Assembly: GCA_037133015.1 (NCBI GenBank) | Contig: JBAXOX010000001.1 | Coordinates: forward strand, 129,270 to 193,269 | From: Acidobacteriota bacterium | Lineage (GTDB): Bacteria; Acidobacteriota; Vicinamibacteria; Vicinamibacterales; JAKQTR01 | DNA: 64,000 nucleotides | Direction of reading: 5' to 3' | Shown here: positions 28,362-36,800 of the stretch, piece after piece | Position numbering within the stretch: the stretch's first letter is position 1 | Layout of the letters: each line of letters starts with the position of its first letter | The notes under the pieces: generated by a model | The model's input: the letters and a program-made list of their open reading frames with translations, nothing else | The model's database searches: none | What the model was told of the DNA's origin: nothing | Position numbers and translations under genes: made by a program

Positions 28362-30625
28362 GCGCAAAGCGGGCAGGCAAAGCGTCGAAGGCGCTCGGGA
28401 AGATCGAGCGCCAGCCGGGACAGTTCTTCAATCGGGAACTCTCGTGGCTGGCGTTCAACGAGCGCGTGCTGGAGGAAGCGGCCGACGCGGCGACGCCGCT
28501 GCTCGAACGCGTCAAGTTTGCGGCGATTACCGCGTCGAACCTCGACGAGTTCGTCATGGTGCGCATCGCCGGTCTTCGCCACTCGGTGCGCGATGGCGAC
28601 ACCACTGTGGACGCGTCGGGCCTCACCCCCCAGCGCCAGCTCGCCGACGTGTCGGCGCGCGCCCACCAACTGGTGGCGCGCCTCTATCGCCTCGTCGCCA
28701 GCGAACTGTTGCCGGCATTGGCGCGCGAAGGCATTCACCTGTCCGCGCTGGGCGATCTCGACGCGCCGCAGCGCGCCGCGGTGGCCGCCTATTTCAACGA
28801 CGAAGTGCTGCCGGTCCTGACGCCGCTGGCCATCGACGCCTCCCGGCCGTTTCCGATGTTGTCGTCGCTCAGTCTGAATCTCGCGCTGCGGCTGGCGCCA
28901 GGCCCAGACGAAAAGACCCCTCGCCTGGCGATTGTTCAGGTGCCGTCCCGCCTGCCGCGGCTGGTGCGGGTACTGGGGGGCGCCCGCAAAGCCGCAGGCG
29001 ACCTCTCGCGCCTCGGCGATGCGCCGCCGGCGGGAGCCGCCGATCCGGTGACCTTCGTGTGGCTCGAGGCCATCATCCTGGCGCACCTCGACGTGCTGTT
29101 TCCCGGGCAGACGGTGATCGAGTCGGCCGCCATTCGCCTGTCGCGCGACGCCGAACTCGAACTCGACGACGAAGGCGGCGGGTCGTACGTCGAGGCGCTG
29201 GAAGAGGAACTACGCCAGCGCCGCCGCAACGACGTGGTTCGCCTCGAAGTCGAGGAAGGCGTGAGCGACGGCCTGCTCGCCGAGGTGGCCGCGCAGGTCG
29301 AGGTCGGCGAGCAGGACATCTACCGCGTGGCCGGCCCGGTGGATGTGCGCGCCTTGATGCTGCTGCTCGACGTGCAGGGATTCGAACGCCTTCGTGATGC
29401 GCCGCAGAAACCGGTGGCGCTCCTCAGTGCGTTCGACGAAAGCCAGCTGTTCGACACCCTGGAGGCCCGGGACCTGCTGCTGCACCATCCGTACGACGCG
29501 TTCGATCCGGTCGTGGCGCTGGTCGATCAGGCGGCCGACGACCCCGACGTGCTCGCCATCAAGATGACGCTCTACCGTCCCGGCACCGATTCGCCCATCG
29601 TCCGCGCCCTCGAACGGGCCGCCGATCAAGGCAAACAGGTGACGGTGGTGGTCGAACTGATGGCGCGCTTCGACGAAGAGCGCAACATCAAGTGGGCTCG
29701 CGCCCTCGAGGAATCTGGCGCGCACGTCATCTACGGGATTCGCGGCCTCAAGGTCCACGCGAAAATCTGTCTGGTGGTCCGGCGCACCGCGCGGGGCATC
29801 CGACGCTACGTGCACCTGGGCACGGGCAACTACAACCACCGCACGGCCAGGCTGTACGTCGACATGGGCCTGATGACGGCCTCGGCCGGTGTCGGCGTCG
29901 ACGCCTCGGCGTTTTTCAACGCCCTCACGGGCTTCTCCGATCCGCCCCGGATGTCGCACCTGGTGATGGCGCCCACGCAACTGCGAGAGCGTGTGCTCAA
30001 ACTGATCGAACGCGAGACGCGCCGCGCGCAGGAAGGCCAGCCCGCGCTCATCCGGGCCAAGATGAACTCGCTGGTCGACGAGCGGGTCATCCAGGCGCTC
30101 TATCGGGCCTCGAATGCCGGCGTCACCGTCCAGCTGAACGTCCGCGGCATCTGCACGCTTCGCCCCGGCGTCGCGCGTCTGAGCGAGCGCATCTCGGTGG
30201 TCTCCATCGTGGGGCGGTTCCTCGAACACACCCGCGTGTTTCACTTCCACAACGGCGGGCAGGACGAAGTGTATCTGTCGAGCGCGGACTGGATGCCGCG
30301 CAACCTCGATCGGCGCATCGAACTGGCGTTTCCGGTCGACACACCCGACTGCCGCCGCAAAGTGCTCGACGCGCTGGACCTGCTGTTCAAAGACAGCGTG
30401 AAGGGCCGGCGGCTCGGCCAGGACGGCACGTGGAAAGTGCCGCCCCACCCGGTGTCGGAGTCGCCATTGTCGGCGCAGCAGACCCTCTACGATCTGGCCA
30501 GGCGCGCCTTCGACCGGCGCGAGGCCGCGTCGGTAGACGCGATCGAGCCGATTACCTCAACGCTGCCGGCGGGATCACCCCGCAGCTTCCCGCGCCAGAA
30601 CCGTCCGCCTCACGCCGGCGGCTAG
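28358..30625 (+). CDS. ppk: polyphosphate kinase 1
   Basis: GTG overlaps the ppx stop (GTGA). 'FFNRELSWLAFNERVLEEA', 'NLDEFVMVR', 'LKVHAKICLVVRR' (autophosphorylated His region), 'HLGTGNYN'. The exact start is uncertain. Confidence 0.9.
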   Translation: MSAKRAGKASKALGKIERQPGQFFNRELSWLAFNERVLEEAADAATPLLERVKFAAITASNLDEFVMVRIAGLRHSVRDGDTTVDASGLTPQRQLADVSARAHQLVARLYRLVASELLPALAREGIHLSALGDLDAPQRAAVAAYFNDEVLPVLTPLAIDASRPFPMLSSLSLNLALRLAPGPDEKTPRLAIVQVPSRLPRLVRVLGGARKAAGDLSRLGDAPPAGAADPVTFVWLEAIILAHLDVLFPGQTVIESAAIRLSRDAELELDDEGGGSYVEALEEELRQRRRNDVVRLEVEEGVSDGLLAEVAAQVEVGEQDIYRVAGPVDVRALMLLLDVQGFERLRDAPQKPVALLSAFDESQLFDTLEARDLLLHHPYDAFDPVVALVDQAADDPDVLAIKMTLYRPGTDSPIVRALERAADQGKQVTVVVELMARFDEERNIKWARALEESGAHVIYGIRGLKVHAKICLVVRRTARGIRRYVHLGTGNYNHRTARLYVDMGLMTASAGVGVDASAFFNALTGFSDPPRMSHLVMAPTQLRERVLKLIERETRRAQEGQPALIRAKMNSLVDERVIQALYRASNAGVTVQLNVRGICTLRPGVARLSERISVVSIVGRFLEHTRVFHFHNGGQDEVYLSSADWMPRNLDRRIELAFPVDTPDCRRKVLDALDLLFKDSVKGRRLGQDGTWKVPPHPVSESPLSAQQTLYDLARRAFDRREAASVDAIEPITSTLPAGSPRSFPRQNRPPHAGG

Positions 30626-30868
30626 GCGTTCATGCGAGCCCTCCCCAGGGCCGATTACCATCCCATCGGGGCTGCCTGTCTGCGGGCCCGCGACGATTGT
30701 GTGCAACCGCACCGATGCCGATCACGGCGGTGAGCTATGATCCGGCGTTGGCCCTGAGGCTCGGGGCAACAGGGAATCCCCGACAGCGGCCATCCGGAAC
30801 GGTAGACGACTCCGACAGCGTGGCCATGCCCCCGTAACGCGCGGGGCGAGTGCCGCAGTAATGGACGC

Positions 30869-33800
30869 GTGATGGCTTGGCTCCCCAGACCACGATTCGT
30901 CTCCCTGATCAGCGCGATCGCACTGGCGACCGGCCTGTGGGTCCCGGGGGCGCTCGCCCAGCCCCCCCGCCAGCCGGCCGATCAGACGTCTTCGTCCATC
31001 AGGCGAGTGGTATCCGGGCCGGACCGGCCGCTGGTCTCCCAATCGATCGACGTGCCCCGCGGCTCGATCAACGTGTCGAGCATCGGGCCCGACGGGCACC
31101 AGTTCGACGTGTCGGGTCCTTCCGTCGATGCGCAGCGCGTCATCATCGAGATGCGGGAGCGTCCCACGGCCGCGGTCGCTGGGGGCGGCAGGCCATCCGA
31201 GATGAGCTCCGAGCGCGAGCGTCTCATGCAGACGTTGCAGGGCCGCGGCGGCACCCGGATTCACCACGATTTCCGGCGCGTGTTCAATGGCGTGGTCGCC
31301 ACCGTGAATGGCGAGACCCGCGCAGCCCTCACCCGCCTGGCCTACGTCAAACGCGTCCGCGATGACGTGCGCGTGTACGCCTCGCTGACCGACAGCGTGC
31401 CGTTGATTCGCGCACCGGATGTGTGGACCACGTACGGCTCGACCGGCGCCGGCGTCAAGGTCGCCGTCATCGACACCGGCGTCGACTACACCCATCCGGA
31501 TCTTGGCGGCGCATTCGGACCCGGGCATAAAGTGGTCGGCGGCTACGACTTCGTCAACCTCGACGCCGATCCGATGGATGACTTCGGCCACGGCACACAC
31601 GTCGCGGGCATCATCGCCGCCAACGGCGTGATGAAGGGCGTCGCGCCTGATGCGCAAATCCTCGCCTACAAAGTCCTCAACGGCGAGGGCTGGGGCTATA
31701 CCTCCGACATCATCGCCGGCATCGAGCGCGCCGTCGCCGACGGCGCGAAGGTGGCGAACCTGAGCCTCGGCGGATCGGGCGCCCCCGACGACCCGGGCAG
31801 CCAGGCCATCGACAACGCCACCGCCGCCGGCATGTTGTGCGTGGTGGCCGCGGCTAACAGCGGGCCCGGCTATCAGACCATTGGATCGCCCGGTGTCGCC
31901 CGGACCGCACTCACCATCGGCGCCTCCACCAAAACCGACGGCATCGCCAGCTTCAGCTCGCGCGGGTACGTCGAGTTCGGCGGCCACTACCTGATGAAAC
32001 CCGACATGGTCGCGCCGGGTCAGGGCATCGTCAGCACCGTGCCTCTGGCCGGCCGCCTCAGCAGCGCCACCCGGTACATGGCGTTGAGCGGAACCAGCAT
32101 GGCCACGCCGCACGTGGCGGGAGCAGCCGCGCTGCTCGTGCAGTTGTTCCCCACGCGCACGCCGGCGCAGTTGCGTTCGATGCTCACCGGGTCGGCGCAC
32201 GATATCGGCTTCAACGCGTTGACGCAGGGCAGCGGACGGCTCGACGTGTTCGACGCGGTGGGCACGCAGGCGACCCTCGAACCCACCAACTTGTCGTTCG
32301 ACCTGTTCGCCAACGGGAGCGGCACGGTGACCAGAAGCGCGACGGTTCGCGTGAGCAACCCCACCGGATCGGCGCAGACCTATCAGCTGGGCACCGCAGG
32401 CACCCTGCCAGCCGGCAGCCGCCTGGATCTGGATCGGTCGGCCCTCACGCTTCAATCCGGCGCGTTCGCCGACATCGTCGTGTCGCTCACCGTCGATACA
32501 ACGGTGACCCCCGACGCGCCCGACGACAGCGCGTCCTATTCTGCGGCCGTCACGATCACCGGCAGCGCCTCGACCGCGCGGCTTCCGGTCGTCTTCCTCA
32601 AGAGTGCGACCATCGCCTTCACCTTCAGCAGCACGCCGCTGCTCGTCCAACTCTACGACCGTCAGTCCAGACGATCGCTGGCGTTTACGCCGCCGACCAA
32701 TCACACCGTCCGGCCCACCCCCACCGGCACCTACGACATCGTGACCGTCTTCGGTGATGGCGGGCTTCAGCTGGTCACGCGCGAGCAGGTTGCGGTGAGC
32801 GGCGCGGTGGCGCTGACCATCCTCGGGAGTGAAGCCACGCACGCCGTTACGGTGACGCCTCGCGACGAACATGGTGCGGTCATCGTCAGTCCGTTCGTGC
32901 GCACGATGGCCGTGTTCGGACGCATGAGCGCGGTTGCCGATCCGCCGGCCATCTTCATGTACACCTCCGGCCCCACGGTCTACCGTTTCTCGGCGCTGGC
33001 CAACGGCTGGGATGCGGCCATCATCGCGGGCGCGGGTTGCGACCCGGCTGTCAATGCCGCGGCGTGCGACGCGAAGTACTACAACTACACCTGGACGTCG
33101 GCCGCCGGCCGAACCGGAGACGAGGTGGTTCCGGCGGTCGGCGCGTCCTACCGACGATTGGTGCAAACGCATCGTCCGCCCACCAGCACCGGCACCGCCA
33201 TGTGGCGCAAGTGGATGACGCTGGCGTTCCGCGGCACCAATTGGTTCTCGTGGTGGATGTGGGATCTCTGGGCCGGTAATCATCCAGGAGGGTCCGACGC
33301 GGTGACGACGGCGTTTATCGAGGCCGGCGTGTCCGACCTCGGGGCCGTCCGGTTCGCCGTTCAGGACGACCTCCTCTGGTTCGGCGCGGGGGAGGCCCTC
33401 ACGCCGACGGCACAGACGCCCGGGATTACCTCGTCGTTCGCCCGGCTGCAGGCCGATGGGAGCTTCGGGCTGCAGGTCGATCCGCTCTACGATCTCGCCG
33501 ATTCGTCCCGAACACCCAGCTACACGATCCCCGCCACCACCGTGAACTTCCGCCTCGGTTCGGCGCCGCTGTCAGGTCCGCTGGAGTTCCGAAACAGCAC
33601 GTGGGGCCTGTCGGCGTTTGCCGATCCGGTTTGGTGGCCGGGCCTCATGACGATTCGGGCCCCGATCCTCACCGATGCCAGCTACGCGATCGATCGGCGC
33701 GGTCGCGCCACGTCGACGCCGTGGACGTTCGATCTCTATCGACAGGGTTCACTGGTCTCCTCTCCTTTGGCGTCCAGTTTCTTGACGGGGGTCCTGGCGT

Positions 33801-36800
33801 CATCCGACGCGTACCAACTCGTCGGGCGCAGTTCGGCCTTCACGACGGGCGGCGCATCTGCGCAACTGACGTCCACCATCGACCTCGACACGCGGTTGTC
33901 AGACCCCAACCCGCCCTACCTCGGGCCGCTCCAAGTCTGGGACGGCACGGGGCTGGTCGAACAGTTGACCGGTGCCGGCTCCCTCCGCTTCGAAGCGCGA
34001 GACGATGTCGGCCTCGCCAGCGTGACGGCAGAGTACAAGGTGGGATCCGACTGGTTGCCGCTCGCGGCGACAGCGTCGGGGACGTGGTACCAGGCCGTGA
34101 TGCCCCCGCTCGGCCCGAGCCTCCCCGTCAGTGTGCGCGTGGTTGCCACCGATCTGGTCGGGAACAGGTTCAGCCAGGTCTGGGCTCCCGCCTACGTGGC
34201 GTCCGCGCCGCAGACGATGCTCACCGTCGCCGTCTCTGGTAGCGGTGCAGGTCGCATCGTCAGCCAGCCTGCCGGGATCGACTGTGGAGCCACCTGCGCC
34301 GCCGTGTATGCGTCGGCGACCACCGTGACGCTCGTCGCGACGCCGAGCGGCGACGCGATCTTTGGAGGATGGTTGGGCGCCTGCACGGGAAGCAGTCCGA
34401 CATGCGTCACCACCGTCACAGGCGCGCAAAGCGCCGTCGCCGTCTTCCTCTCCAGCACGCTGCGCCTGGCGATCACGCTCGACGGCACGGGATCCGGAGT
34501 GGTCACGTCGAGTCCAACCGGGATCACGTGCGGCACGACGTGTTCGGCGACATTCGCGCGCGGCACCATCGTGGCTCTCCAGCCCGCGCCGTCGCCAGGG
34601 TCGGCGTTCCTCGGTTGGGGTGGCGATTGTTCGGGCACCGCGTCCTGCTCGGTCACCATCGATCAGGACCGTCGCGTGACGGCCGCGTTCGAGGCCGTGC
34701 CCACGCCACTGGTGACGGGGTTTTCCCCCGGCAGCGCCTCGGCGGGTTGGGCGGCGTTCCGGCTCACCATCTCCGGGCAGAATTTTCGGACCGGTGCGGT
34801 CGTGATGTGGAATGGCGTGCCGAAGGCCACGACGTTTGTGAACGCGACGACGTTGACCGTGGACGTGGCCGCCTCTGAGGTGGCCTCGCCAGGCTCCGTG
34901 AAGATCGGCGTCGTGCTTCCCGGCAACGGCGTCGTGTCGGCCGATCGGTACTATCTGGTCGACAACCTCGCGCCCGCGACGCGCTCGGTGGATCCAGCCT
35001 GCACCGACGCGAACCTCGACGGACGGTGCGACGACGGATCGGGATTCAAGACGCTGAAAGCCGCGATTGCCGCAGCCAACGTTGGTGATTACATCATCCT
35101 CGCCGCCGGCCAGCACACAGTTATTCCGCCGCTGCTCATCGACAAGAGCGTCGTCATCTACGGCGCCGGACCGTCGGCAACCGTGATCGTGCCGGGCGGC
35201 AACACCACGTCGTGCAGCGGCGATGGCCAGGCGTGGTTGATGGTGCCGGAAGGCGTGTCGGCGTCGCTCTCCAACCTGGGGTTCGACGGGCTGGGATTCG
35301 ACATCGCCCAGGCCCTGCGCGTCAAAGGCGCCTACTCGGCGTTTCGGTGGAGTTACTACAATCTCGCCATCAAGAACATCAGATCGGCGTGCGCATCGGG
35401 TGGCACCGGCGTCTTCGCGTCGGGCGTGCTGGGACTCGAGATCGGTCGCGCCGAGGTGAGCCAGATAGGCGGAACCGGATTCGACTTCAACGACGGCAGC
35501 CGGACCCGCATCTGGTACAGCAACATCAGCGGCACGACCCTCGGCGTCCATAGCGACACGACGACGCAGACATTTGTCAGCCTGAGCCGTCTTGCCGGGA
35601 ATCTCACGGCGGCCCGCACCGACGGCACCAGCGCCGGGCTCGGATGGAACTGGTGGGGATGCAACGCGGGCCCGGGCCAGACCGGCTGCGACGCGATCGT
35701 TGGCGCGGCACCCACCGACTGGATCCAACTCGGCGTGTCGGCCGTGCCGCACGGCGCCAGCGCGACGGTAACCGCCAGTCTCGTGTTCGCGTCCACCGGC
35801 CTCGACACGACACCGTGGGGCCAACTGCCCGATGGAATCCCGGTGCGGTTTACCGCGAGCCAGGGCGTGATTTCCAGTCCCGTGGCGACCATCAACGGAC
35901 GGTCGGTCACCACCTTCAACGCCGCGCGGGCGGGAACGGCCACCGTCTCGGCCACCGTGGACAACGAGACGGTATCGACCGGCTTCAGCGCGTCGACGCC
36001 GTCGCTTTCCGTGACCGGCGTCACACCCGCGGTCGGCCTCAGCGCGGGGGGAACCGCCGTGGTGATCGGTGGCACCGGATTCGCCACGGGCGCCTCCGTG
36101 ACGATCGGTGGCGTCGCGGCCACCAACGTCGTGGTGAACAATGCCGTCTCGATTTCGGCGCGCACCCCCGCGCACGCCGCGGGCATCGTCGACGTCGTGG
36201 TGACCAATCCTGGCAGTGCCGCAGCCACCGCCGCCGCCGCGTACACCTACGTCGTGACGCTTCCCGTGCTGACGTGGCCCACACCGAGCGCGATGATCTA
36301 CGGCACGCCCCTGTCCTCAACGCAACTGAATGCAACGGCCAGTGTCGCCGGCACGTTGGCGTATACGCCTTCTCTCGGGACCGTGCTCGGCGCGGGTGCG
36401 GGCCAGACGCTGTCGGTGGCCTTCACCCCGACCGACCTCGCGCACCAGCTGCCGGCTACCAAGACCGTCACCATCGACGTGTCGAAGGCGACGCCGCTCG
36501 TGACGTGGACCAGTCCTGCGGCCATCACGTACGGCACGGCTTTGTCTTCGACGCAATTGAATGCGACGGCGAATGTGCCCGGCACCCTCACCTACACTCC
36601 GTCGCTCGGAACGCTGGTGGACGCCGGCAACAGCCGCCCGCTGTCGGTGACGTTTACGCCGACCGATGCCGCCAACTACGCCAGTGTGACCAAGACCGTG
36701 ACGATCGACGTCGCCAAAGCGAACCCGGTTGTCACCTGGATCGCACCCGCCGGCATCGACTACGGAACCGTGCTGGGGCCGACACAGTTGAATGCGACGG

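Noticed and set aside
30669-30684. Weak GG-N10-GC matches upstream of the S8 protease gene (GGGCTG-CCTGT-CTGCG, 30669..30684) and of the 39523 gene (AGGCTG-CCATT-TGGCG, ~39481..39496).
   Set aside because: There are several mismatches to TGGCAC-N5-TTGCW in the -24 and/or -12 boxes. In GC-rich DNA the bare GG-N10-GC pattern is expected by chance.
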